From Clostridia bacterium (GTDB lineage Bacteria > Bacillota > Clostridia > Oscillospirales > Acutalibacteraceae): 64,000 nucleotides of DNA. The notes beneath the pieces are model-generated. The model was given only the letters and a program-made list of their open reading frames with translations. It was not told the origin of the DNA and searched no databases. Position numbers and translations under genes: made by a program. The stretch covers positions 32,178-96,177 of the forward strand of contig JAFTCX010000042.1 of NCBI GenBank assembly GCA_017454485.1. Reading direction: 5' to 3'. Every line of letters begins with the position of its first letter. The first letter of the stretch is position 1. Of the stretch, positions 18,891-27,208 are shown piece by piece.

Positions 18891-20414
18891 TCACTGATCC
18901 GCCACGCGAACAAGGCCGTTAAACACGCCGACATAAGCACTGCCATTCGGACCTATAGTGATCGGTCCGTAGCTGTTGTTCCAGTTGCGCCCGCAGCCGG
19001 TGAACACTTTATACACCGTTTCGCCGGTTTCAAAATCGACTGCGGTAAAGTACCAGGCCACCGCGTTTTTCGGAATATCGTCGTTTTGTACGCGCGTATA
19101 GAGATAGACAAGACCGTTGCCGGCAGAAAGCTTCGGCACCACCGTTGCGGAGGCTTCGTCACTTTCCCAGATGACCTTGCAGCCCGTGCAGTCCGCATTC
19201 ATGTCGATGCGCGTCACGCCGGGTTCGCTGGTTGGATTACGCTCCAGAAAACCGGCGCCGGATTCAGAATAGTTGTTTTCAATGATAAACGAACGGCCGT
19301 GAGCAATCAGAGAGTTTTCGCTGACTGAGCGCCCTTTTGCAAACAGCGGCTCGGTCACGATCGCTTCGCCCGTTTCGCGGTCATAGACCACAAGGTTCAC
19401 TCGCTCATCGGCGTTATCGGTGATGGCGCAAAGCTTGCGCACACTGCCGTCGCTGCTGGGAACATCAAGCAAAGACGGCGTTGTTCCGCTGCCCTGGTTG
19501 ATCGCTCCGGGTTTTGTTTGGCTTCCGCGATCATATTCCGTGCGCCAGGTATAGGTCGGTTTGCCCTTTTGAATTTCAAAGCGGTACATTGCATGGTCGG
19601 AAACGATATACACCCCGTCCGCGCAGACCGCAAGGGTGTTTTGGATCTCCTCCCCTGCCAGCCGCATGAGCTTGACTTTGCCGGTCTTTGCGCCGATGAT
19701 GCCCACGTCGCCAGGACGCGTCACAAACCAGATGTTGCCGTTGACATCGGGAATCGCGTCGGTGATGTAGGCGCCCTCTTCCAGATACGGCGCAACGTCA
19801 ATTTCCTTTTCGATCTTCCAAACCGGCTTCTTTCCGCTCTCGTCCACATAGAAAATCTGGATCACATTGTCGGAGTTGCCGATGATCGGTCGGTCACCCT
19901 TGAGCAGATGGCAGTATGCGCCGCCGGAGGTGTCGTTGGAAATCTTATCAAAATCGAGCGTTTTGAAGAACTCGCGCGTGGACTGACGCTGCGGCAGACG
20001 CGTTTCGGCAAGGATCTCCAATGTCTGCGCGTCGAGCAGCAGCAGACGGAAGCCGACAACATTACCGGAAATGCACATAATGCGCCCCTTGGAATCAAAC
20101 ATGAGCGTTGCGACCAAACCGCCGAAGACGTTCATAGAACGGCTGGTAACCTTCGGATTCCGGCCGAGCGGGCCACTGTAATCATAGGTGCCGGAGTTGT
20201 AGGAATTGCCGTGCATACCGTTGGTGCCCTCCGGCGCAAGGAAGGGATGCTGCGGCACTTTTGTTTTTTCAAGCGGCTTGGCGGTTGCGACTGCGCCGTA
20301 AAACGGCGGACAGCGCCTTGCAATCAGCGGCTGACGGATCGCACCGCAGGGGCTCGTGAACAGCATGATGAATGCGGAAAAGAATGTCAGAACTTTCAAA
20401 AACAGGTTACGCAT
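18891..20414 (-). CDS. Secreted protein of unknown function (possibly repeat/beta-propeller-like)
   Basis: Signal-peptide-like N-terminus MRNLFLKVLTFFSAFIMLFTSPCGA. AAGGAG RBS. No catalytic motif recognised. Confidence 0.7.
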   Translation of the reverse strand: MRNLFLKVLTFFSAFIMLFTSPCGAIRQPLIARRCPPFYGAVATAKPLEKTKVPQHPFLAPEGTNGMHGNSYNSGTYDYSGPLGRNPKVTSRSMNVFGGLVATLMFDSKGRIMCISGNVVGFRLLLLDAQTLEILAETRLPQRQSTREFFKTLDFDKISNDTSGGAYCHLLKGDRPIIGNSDNVIQIFYVDESGKKPVWKIEKEIDVAPYLEEGAYITDAIPDVNGNIWFVTRPGDVGIIGAKTGKVKLMRLAGEEIQNTLAVCADGVYIVSDHAMYRFEIQKGKPTYTWRTEYDRGSQTKPGAINQGSGTTPSLLDVPSSDGSVRKLCAITDNADERVNLVVYDRETGEAIVTEPLFAKGRSVSENSLIAHGRSFIIENNYSESGAGFLERNPTSEPGVTRIDMNADCTGCKVIWESDEASATVVPKLSAGNGLVYLYTRVQNDDIPKNAVAWYFTAVDFETGETVYKVFTGCGRNWNNSYGPITIGPNGSAYVGVFNGLVRVADQ

Positions 20415-20437
20415 AAGAATCTCCTTTCAAAAGCATG

Positions 20438-20471
20438 CAGGGGCTGAATGCGCACAAAGCCTCAGCCCCTG
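20438..20471 (-). terminator. Intercistronic 10-bp hairpin, weak or partial terminator between the GPH transporter and the secreted-protein gene
   Basis: CAGGGGCTGA-14 nt-TCAGCCCCTG. Only a short, displaced U-run (CATGCTTTTG) follows on the minus strand, directly before the downstream RBS. Confidence 0.4.
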
Positions 20472-20483
20472 ATTTCAAATGGT

Positions 20484-22061
20484 TCAGTTTTCTTTTGCTG
20501 CGTTTCTTTTTTCAATCAGCGCGTCCAGCATCTCACCGTGCTGCGCATCTGTCATTGCGTATTTTCGCATCGGAACAGCAGAAAGAACCATACCGACAGC
20601 GATCGGGACAGAGATCAGGAAGAACATGGCAAGCGCGTATTTGCCGCCGTCAAGATCGAAGAAGTGCTCGCCTTGGGAAAGGCGGAAGTTGATATTATCG
20701 AGGTTTTCGCCGGAGAACTTCACAACGGCGTACACAATGCCCTGAATGAGTGCGGCAATACCGCCGGAAAGCTTTGTCAGGAAGGATTGGCCGGAGAAGA
20801 AAACGCCGTCGGGACGATACCCGTTATGATATTCCTCATAGTCCACGCAATCGGCGATCATGATGGACTGCATGACGTTGATGCCGCCCATAGAAGCGGT
20901 CGCAAGGCTGATGCAAAGTGCCGTCACGATCACGCCTGACCAGGAGAGCATGTTGCCTTTGAAAGCAAGATATGCGACAAAGATGAGCGCATACGGCACG
21001 GCGCCGGCAATGGAATAGAAGTTATAGATTTTTTTATTTTCGAACTTTTTCACAAACGCAGGCGTAATCGCCATGGCGACAAACTGCGGAATGAACACAG
21101 CAATGCCGATCAATGCAATCTTCAGCACACGCTGACCGCCGTCAAGGTTGCCCACATTGTCGAAAGAGTTATCGGTGTAATAATAGAGCATGAGCGGCAT
21201 AGCAAGGATCATCAGAAGCTGCAGCGGGCTTCTGAGCACGCCGGAGATGAGGATCTGGCGGAAGGGCAGACATTTCCACATGATTTTGAAGTTGTCAATG
21301 ATGCTTCTCTTATCTGTAGCGTCGCCGGGAACACGCTCTCTTGTTACAAGACCTGCAACCTCAAAGAGGATCGTTGCAACCACAGTGACAGCGATCACCG
21401 TGGCGATCCAGGCGGCTCGCTTGGTGTCGTTGTTCGCCATCTGCTGGGTATAGTTGATGCCGTCCACCATGGCGTTGTATTTGCCTTCAAACATTCCCTT
21501 GAGGAAGTCGGGCACAAAGGCGATGACAGTGCCGATGCCGCCGATACCGGCAGCAGTTCTTGCAAGGCCGATGATCTTGGCGCGGTCGTTTTGATCGTCC
21601 GTCATCAAAGATGTAATGCCCCAAAGCGGAATGTCGCAGACGGTGAAGAGCATGCCCCAAATGATATACGAACCGGCAGCCCAGATCACGATCAGCGCTT
21701 TGCTTGCCTTCGGATCGGTATAGATGCCGTTGACAAAGCAAAGGATGGTGAAAATGCCGATGAGAAGCGGAAAAAAGATCAGATAAGGTCTGCATTTGCC
21801 CCATTTGGTGTGCGTTCTGTCCACGATGGTGCCCATCATCGGGTCGTTCACCGCGTCCCAGATGCGCGCGACAAAAATAATTGCGCTGACGATACCGGCA
21901 GGAATATACAGCACGGTGCCGAGATAGACGCTGACAAGACCGGCCGCGATAACCTGATAAATCAGGTTCTGGCCGAACATACCGATCAGGAAACCGAACA
22001 GCTCGCCCTTTGTATAGGTATTTCGGGCGATTTTTGCTGCGGTATCTGCTTTCTTTTTCAT
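20484..22061 (-). CDS. Glycoside-pentoside-hexuronide (GPH) family cation symporter
   Basis: 525 aa, about 12 TM. Signature ARIWDAVNDPMMGTIVDRTHTKWGKCRPY. Confidence 0.85.
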   Translation of the reverse strand: MKKKADTAAKIARNTYTKGELFGFLIGMFGQNLIYQVIAAGLVSVYLGTVLYIPAGIVSAIIFVARIWDAVNDPMMGTIVDRTHTKWGKCRPYLIFFPLLIGIFTILCFVNGIYTDPKASKALIVIWAAGSYIIWGMLFTVCDIPLWGITSLMTDDQNDRAKIIGLARTAAGIGGIGTVIAFVPDFLKGMFEGKYNAMVDGINYTQQMANNDTKRAAWIATVIAVTVVATILFEVAGLVTRERVPGDATDKRSIIDNFKIMWKCLPFRQILISGVLRSPLQLLMILAMPLMLYYYTDNSFDNVGNLDGGQRVLKIALIGIAVFIPQFVAMAITPAFVKKFENKKIYNFYSIAGAVPYALIFVAYLAFKGNMLSWSGVIVTALCISLATASMGGINVMQSIMIADCVDYEEYHNGYRPDGVFFSGQSFLTKLSGGIAALIQGIVYAVVKFSGENLDNINFRLSQGEHFFDLDGGKYALAMFFLISVPIAVGMVLSAVPMRKYAMTDAQHGEMLDALIEKRNAAKEN

Positions 22062-22194
22062 GAATGAATAACCTCTCTTCCTTTATTATCAATAATCATA
22101 TCAAAAAAATGTCAAAAAGTAAAGTACTTTTTTCATTTCTTTTGTGCTAAATGCAAAAAAATTCCGTTTCTTCGTACTGCAGCAGCATGCAAGC

Positions 22195-22229
22195 CAAAGA
22201 AAGACCGCAGAGCATTGCGTTCTGCGGCC
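22195..22229 (-). terminator. Rho-independent terminator after the 271-aa membrane protein gene
   Basis: On the minus strand, GGCCGCAGA-loop-TCTGCGGTC followed by TTTCTTTGG. Confidence 0.5.
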
Positions 22230-22255
22230 TTATGATTTCTATCGTTTTGTCGTAT

Positions 22256-23071
22256 TTAACCGACACTGACCGGTTCGTTTTCCTTTGCCGTATTGAGCAG
22301 TTCAATCTTGCGGTTGATATCGTTTTTGCCGCGATGGCGGTACGGGAACGCGCAAAGGAACGCATACATCAGTAACCCGCCGATAAAGTTCAGCACAATA
22401 TCCCCCATGGTATCCATGAGTGCAAAGCGGCTGATGTCGTTCATCGGGATCATCTGGAAAATTTTGCTCGCATCTCCGCCGGCAGCATCCAGCGCCGCCT
22501 GATAATTCCAGTGCTGCGCGTCGCCGCCGAAGAACTGGTCATAGGTGAACTCAAACAGCTCCCACGCGCTTGAAAGAATGAAGCCGAAGCCGAGCGCGCC
22601 GAGATTGGCGATCTGGTGGGGACAGGTTTTTTTCAGCTTGAGCTGCGTGGCGCAAATGTATTCATAGCCGATGTAAACCGCTTCCGCTGTGCCGTAGGCG
22701 TGCAGAATCTTGTCGTATGCGGGAAGCGCATAATAAAGATTCAGATAAGCGCCGCCGAAGGAACCGAGGAAAAAGCCCAGCGCGGAGATATTCTGGAACG
22801 CATGGGAAAGCAGACGCAACCGGCTGCTTTTCGGGAAAAAGAGCTGAATGATCTCATAGGCAAACATGCCGACAAGATTTGCAACAATCTGCAGCGGCGG
22901 ATTGCTGGCCGTATAACTGCTGCCGGAAAAGAACAGCGTATCAAACAGCGCGTAGATCATCAGCAGGCGCAATATCCACCAATAGATCAGCTCAATTTTG
23001 GAAACGTCTTTCAGCATGGCTTTGAATCTTTGTTTCATAGTTTCACACATCCTTTGCAGGTATTCTATCAT
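22256..23071 (-). CDS. Polytopic membrane protein, family not recognised
   Basis: 271 aa with several hydrophobic helices. Start uncertain (alternative ATG at 23038). Confidence 0.6.
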   Translation of the reverse strand: MIEYLQRMCETMKQRFKAMLKDVSKIELIYWWILRLLMIYALFDTLFFSGSSYTASNPPLQIVANLVGMFAYEIIQLFFPKSSRLRLLSHAFQNISALGFFLGSFGGAYLNLYYALPAYDKILHAYGTAEAVYIGYEYICATQLKLKKTCPHQIANLGALGFGFILSSAWELFEFTYDQFFGGDAQHWNYQAALDAAGGDASKIFQMIPMNDISRFALMDTMGDIVLNFIGGLLMYAFLCAFPYRHRGKNDINRKIELLNTAKENEPVSVG

Positions 23072-23240
23072 GGATATCTAAATTTAAATTTCTAATTCAG
23101 AATTTATTGGTGTCATTTCTGTAACATTTTTGTGTAAATGTGCCTTTTTTCGTCATTTTTTCGTATCTGAGGTAAAAATCCTCTTGTCGTGTGTTGCAAG
23201 ATGTGATAAAATTTATTCAGATTCATTCAGGAGGGTCACT

Positions 23241-24377
23241 ATGGATTTTAATCTCTCTATTCCCGCAAAAGTGCTCAGCGGAAACGGCGTTGTTTTAAAA
23301 AACACCGCGCTGTTTTCCTCGCTCGGCAAGCGCTGTCTCATCGTCACCGGCGGAAAAAGCGCAGTCCTTTCCGGCGCGCTCGATGATGTGACCGCAGCGC
23401 TCACGCAGGAGCACATCACCTACAGCGTGTTTGACCGCATCGGACCGAATCCCCTGCTATCCGCCTGTCATGCCGCTGGTACGCTTGCGCGCGAAGAGGG
23501 TGCGGCGTTTCTCATCGGCATCGGCGGCGGCTCTGCGCTCGACGCAGCAAAAGCGGCCGCGGTATACGCTGCAAATGCTGATTTTGCGCCGGAGGACATC
23601 TATACAAAACCGCGCAAAAGCGTTTTACCATTCCTATTGATTGGCACAACGGCCGGCACCGGCAGCGAAGTCGGAAAAGTTTCGGTGCTGACAAACGACA
23701 GCACTGGCCGCAAAAAGAGCATCTCCGGCGACGATCTGTATCCGGTGCTGACCTTTGCCGATCCGCGTTACACTGCTTCGATGCCGTATGCCGTCACGGT
23801 TTCTACTGCGCTTGACGCGCTTTCGCATGCGCTTGAGGGTTATTGTTCCCCGAAATGCGGCGACATTCCCTCGCTCTTTGCGGAAAAGGCAGTCGCGCTG
23901 CTTTGGGACGGTCTGACGCGCCTTGAAGCAACGCACGCGCTGCCGGACACAAACGAACGCGAAGCGCTCTATTACGGTTCGCTTTATGCAGGCATCACGC
24001 TCGCCTATTGCGGCACGGGCTTTCCGCACCCGCTCGGTTACGTACTGACGGAAAACTTCGGCACACCGCACGGTTTTGCCTGCGCCGCGTTTTTGCCGGA
24101 ATTCATGCAGCGAGCCGCAATTTATTCGCCGAAGCGCTGTGAAAAAATCCTCTCTGCCATGGGCACCGACCTTGATTCTTTTTCCAAAACCGTTCGTGCG
24201 CTGACTGAACTCGGCGACATTTATATGACGTGCGAAGAGGTAAAAACGCAGTGTACGCGCTGGGACGCAGCGATTCCGAACAATTTTAAATTCAGTCCGG
24301 GCGGCTTTACCAAAGAACTGGCGCAGGAGCTGCTGCTCGAAATGCTGACGAACATTGACAACCCGACCTGTTTGTGA
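23241..24377 (+). CDS. Iron-containing (group III) alcohol dehydrogenase family protein
   Basis: GGGSALDAAKA nucleotide-binding motif and ~380 aa length. The ATG at 23241 follows GGAGGG; the track start at 23130 lacks an RBS. Confidence 0.85.
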   Translation: MDFNLSIPAKVLSGNGVVLKNTALFSSLGKRCLIVTGGKSAVLSGALDDVTAALTQEHITYSVFDRIGPNPLLSACHAAGTLAREEGAAFLIGIGGGSALDAAKAAAVYAANADFAPEDIYTKPRKSVLPFLLIGTTAGTGSEVGKVSVLTNDSTGRKKSISGDDLYPVLTFADPRYTASMPYAVTVSTALDALSHALEGYCSPKCGDIPSLFAEKAVALLWDGLTRLEATHALPDTNEREALYYGSLYAGITLAYCGTGFPHPLGYVLTENFGTPHGFACAAFLPEFMQRAAIYSPKRCEKILSAMGTDLDSFSKTVRALTELGDIYMTCEEVKTQCTRWDAAIPNNFKFSPGGFTKELAQELLLEMLTNIDNPTCL

Positions 24378-24439
24378 TATAGTATAGAAAGAAAGAACTG
24401 CTATCGTTTCGCCATGCGAAGCACAAGGCGGATGGACCG

Positions 24440-26047
24440 GTGATCATTATGCAGGAACCTTACCCGCTTTATTCCCTGTTGATCGAAATTACGCAAAAAT
24501 GCAACGCCGCGTGTGACCAGTGCGGCAGCAGATGCGACATTCACAGCGAAGAACGCCTTTCCAAGGCGCAGATCCTTGCTGCGCTGCGCGATATCAAGGA
24601 AAACATCGGCACCTACACCATGCTCAACATCACCGGCGGTGAACCGCTGCTGCGGCGTGATCTGTTTGAGATCATGACCGAAGCGTCGGACATGGGCTTT
24701 GACTGGGGCATGGTAACCAATGGTTCGCTCATCACGGACAGCGTGATCGAACAAATGCGGCAAAGCGGCATGAAAACCATCACCGTCAGCGTGGACGGGC
24801 TGCGCGACACACACGATTCGCTGCGCCACCTGCCCGGCTGCTGGGACAAGATCATGACCGCGCTGCATAAGCTGAAAAGCGCCGCGTTTCTCGATCATCT
24901 GCAAGTGACCTTTACGGCGAACCGCCGCAATGTTTTTGAATTTGAAGCCCTATATCGTATTTTGCGCCCCATCGGTCTTGATTCCATTCGCGTGAGCTTT
25001 ATGGATCCCATCGGCCGCGCACTGGACAACACCGAGCTGCTTTTAACGCGTGAAGAAATTCTGTATCTCACGCAGCTTGCTAACAAATTGAACAGCGATC
25101 CGCACGGCACAAAAATCATCTGGGGCTGTCCGCATTTTTTGGGAAATCAGCTTGACAACCGGCGTTTCCATTGTTTTGCCGGAATTTACAGCGCATCCAT
25201 TCTTTTCAACGGTGATATCTTCGTTTGTCCGAATGTGCCGCACAGAAACGAACTCATTCAAGGAAATATCCTCACGGATTCCTTCAGCGAGGTTTGGAAA
25301 ACGAAATTCCATTTCTTCCGCAGCCGTCCATTGCCCGCAAAATGCAAGGGATGCAAATATCAAAGCGATTGCGGCGGTGATTCGCTGCACACGCTTGATT
25401 TTGACTCCGGTGAACCGCTGTTTTGCTACCGTGATTTTTTGGAGCAGCCGGACAGTGAGGCGCTTAAAAGGGCGATATTCTCCCGCCGGAGCGACTTAAA
25501 GTTTTGTGAGATCTCTTCCGGCGAAGCAGATGCGCGGGAGGTGCTCATTGAGCCAGACGCGTTTGATTCCATCCGGCAGTATTTTCACTTCGGTCGAAAA
25601 CAGCCGCAAAATATGTTTGAACAGCAAATGGCGCTTGTCGGCTTTTCCTGCGATCACACAGATGTGGTACGCTATGTTATTCCCTGCGACGGCACACTGC
25701 GCGCCGAAGACAATGCGCTGTTTACGCGGCGGATTTTGAAAACGGTGGAAAAAGAGCTGAACATCATCAACCGCAATTACTATCAAAGTGACGACCGGGC
25801 GCTTCCCGGCAGCGAATGCAGCAACCGCCGACCGATGAAATTTCTCGGCTTCATCCACAGTCATCCCGCTCAGCACGAACTGCAATACAGCACCGGCGAC
25901 GACGAGATTCACATGCGAATGCTCAAGCGCTTCGGCAGCTATGTCGGCATTCTGGTCAACCCCGCCGATGAGACGCTGGGGGCATATTACGGAAAAGAGC
26001 TTCACCAGGCAAAGCTGATCGTTCCCGATCTTTTTCACAAAACCTGA
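24440..26047 (+). CDS. Radical SAM/SPASM-type enzyme fused to a C-terminal JAB/MPN (JAMM) metalloprotease-like domain
   Basis: CNAACDQC (CxxxCxxC) within the first 30 aa. SPASM-like CFAGIYSASILFNGDIFVC ... CKGCKYQSDCGGDS. The C-terminal ~180 aa carry FEQQMALVGF (Glu) and GFIHSHPAQHELQYSTGD (H-x-H-x8-S-x2-D). Confidence 0.85.
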   Translation: MIIMQEPYPLYSLLIEITQKCNAACDQCGSRCDIHSEERLSKAQILAALRDIKENIGTYTMLNITGGEPLLRRDLFEIMTEASDMGFDWGMVTNGSLITDSVIEQMRQSGMKTITVSVDGLRDTHDSLRHLPGCWDKIMTALHKLKSAAFLDHLQVTFTANRRNVFEFEALYRILRPIGLDSIRVSFMDPIGRALDNTELLLTREEILYLTQLANKLNSDPHGTKIIWGCPHFLGNQLDNRRFHCFAGIYSASILFNGDIFVCPNVPHRNELIQGNILTDSFSEVWKTKFHFFRSRPLPAKCKGCKYQSDCGGDSLHTLDFDSGEPLFCYRDFLEQPDSEALKRAIFSRRSDLKFCEISSGEADAREVLIEPDAFDSIRQYFHFGRKQPQNMFEQQMALVGFSCDHTDVVRYVIPCDGTLRAEDNALFTRRILKTVEKELNIINRNYYQSDDRALPGSECSNRRPMKFLGFIHSHPAQHELQYSTGDDEIHMRMLKRFGSYVGILVNPADETLGAYYGKELHQAKLIVPDLFHKT

Positions 26048-26091
26048 TCAAACACATTCCATTTAATCTTATGATAAAGGAGGTCATTCTC

Positions 26092-26334
26092 ATGCGCGCA
26101 TTTTTTGCACTGATCCTGTCCTGGGTCAAAAAGCTGCTCCACATCCGCTTCGTTGATGATCCCGCAAAGGACGATCCGACACCCGGCAATAACGAGCCGA
26201 TCGACGATCCGTCGGCGGATCCGGGTCCCGCATTTCCCGACCGTCCCGATCCCAACGAGTACGTCTGCTACTATGGATGCCCGAACAGCAAAAGAGCTCA
26301 AAGACTGCAGCTCAGCCGTAAACCGATCAAATAA
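26092..26334 (+). CDS. 80-aa peptide: hydrophobic N-terminus, Asp-Pro-rich linker, YVCYYGCP core and basic tail (candidate rSAM substrate)
   Basis: The ATG at 26092 lies 8 nt after AAGGAGG and 44 nt after the rSAM stop. Codons mostly end in G/C, like neighbouring genes. Followed by a hairpin terminator. Sequence: MRAFFALILSWVKKLLHIRFVDDPAKDDPTPGNNEPIDDPSADPGPAFPDRPDPNEYVCYYGCPNSKRAQRLQLSRKPIK. Confidence 0.6.
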   Translation: MRAFFALILSWVKKLLHIRFVDDPAKDDPTPGNNEPIDDPSADPGPAFPDRPDPNEYVCYYGCPNSKRAQRLQLSRKPIK

Positions 26335-26347
26335 ACCAATTCAGCGC

Positions 26348-26384
26348 AAAAGCACCGAGGTCACGCCCCGGTGCTTTTCTTTCT
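26348..26384. terminator. Bidirectional hairpin terminator between the convergent peptide and response-regulator genes
   Basis: AAAAGCACCG-11 nt loop-CGGTGCTTTT followed by CTTTCT. The A-run upstream serves the opposite strand. Confidence 0.65.
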
Positions 26385-26390
26385 GTAACT

Positions 26391-27194
26391 TTATTCTTTC
26401 GAGCGCAGCCGCTCCATATAGCTTTCCGTCAAGCTCGCCCAGGTGTAAGCGCTCATATATTCGCCGCGATACGCGTTGACCGCGTCGCTGTCTCCGGCAA
26501 AAAAGCGGTAAAGATCACAATCGATCATTTCCGGCTGGATGCGCAAATAGCCCTTATGCAGCTCCAAAAGGTCGCCGATGCCGTTGCGGTCGAGCGTATC
26601 GCGCAAAGAACGGATAACAACATCAAGCTGCTTTTGCATGGAGCGGTCATAATACGCGTCCTCCCACAGTGCGGCAAACGCGCTTGCGCGGGAAACAAGG
26701 CTCCCCTGCCGGTCGATCAGATAAGCCAGCAGCTCCTTTGCTCTTGCGCGTCCAAACACCACCGGCTGCCCGTTGACCAAAAGGTCAAACTCGCCGAACG
26801 TGTGCGCTTCGATGGTTGCTTTTTTTTGCATCGGCCGACGATTGGACATGGCGTAGCTGACTTCGTCGGCAAGGCGCTGGGCGCTGACCGGTTTCAGCAG
26901 ATAGCCGGACGCGTGCAGGCCGAACGCGTCCACAGCATATTGCGTGTGCCCGGTCAAAAAGATGATGGCTGTAGAAGGGCGCAGCTCCTTGATCTTTGCC
27001 GCAAGTGTGATGCCATCCATGTCGGGCATATTGATGTCAAGGATCGCAATGTCCGCTTCATGGGTTTTCAGCCATTCGAGCGCGTCACTCGCTTTTTGAA
27101 AGCCCTCGGCCAGCGGCTTTTGCGGCAGCTCCTTGCAAAGCGACACCGTAAGGCCCAGCACAAGCGCTTCATCGTCCACACAGATAATCTGCAT
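26391..27194 (-). CDS. Response regulator: REC domain plus SARP/OmpR-type winged helix with partial BTAD
   Basis: MQIICVDDE..ILDINMPDMDG..IIFLTGH..YLLKP, then FGEFDLLVNGQPVVF..AKELLAYLIDRQG..LWED. The ATG at 27194 follows GGAGGG; the track start at 27308 would overlap the kinase gene. Confidence 0.85.
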   Translation of the reverse strand: MQIICVDDEALVLGLTVSLCKELPQKPLAEGFQKASDALEWLKTHEADIAILDINMPDMDGITLAAKIKELRPSTAIIFLTGHTQYAVDAFGLHASGYLLKPVSAQRLADEVSYAMSNRRPMQKKATIEAHTFGEFDLLVNGQPVVFGRARAKELLAYLIDRQGSLVSRASAFAALWEDAYYDRSMQKQLDVVIRSLRDTLDRNGIGDLLELHKGYLRIQPEMIDCDLYRFFAGDSDAVNAYRGEYMSAYTWASLTESYMERLRSKE

Positions 27195-27208
27195 TTTTCC
27201 CTCCAGCG

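Noticed and set aside
23241-24377. Fe-ADH as an integral tailoring enzyme of the rSAM-peptide cassette.
   Set aside because: Only proximity and the lack of an intervening terminator support this. Group III ADHs are common metabolic enzymes, so I treat it as context rather than a claim.
26153-26479. 108-aa plus-strand ORF overlapping the small peptide gene in another frame.
   Set aside because: It has no RBS, runs through the terminator hairpin and into the antisense of the response regulator. The Pro/Ser/Arg-rich translation is consistent with an off-frame artefact.
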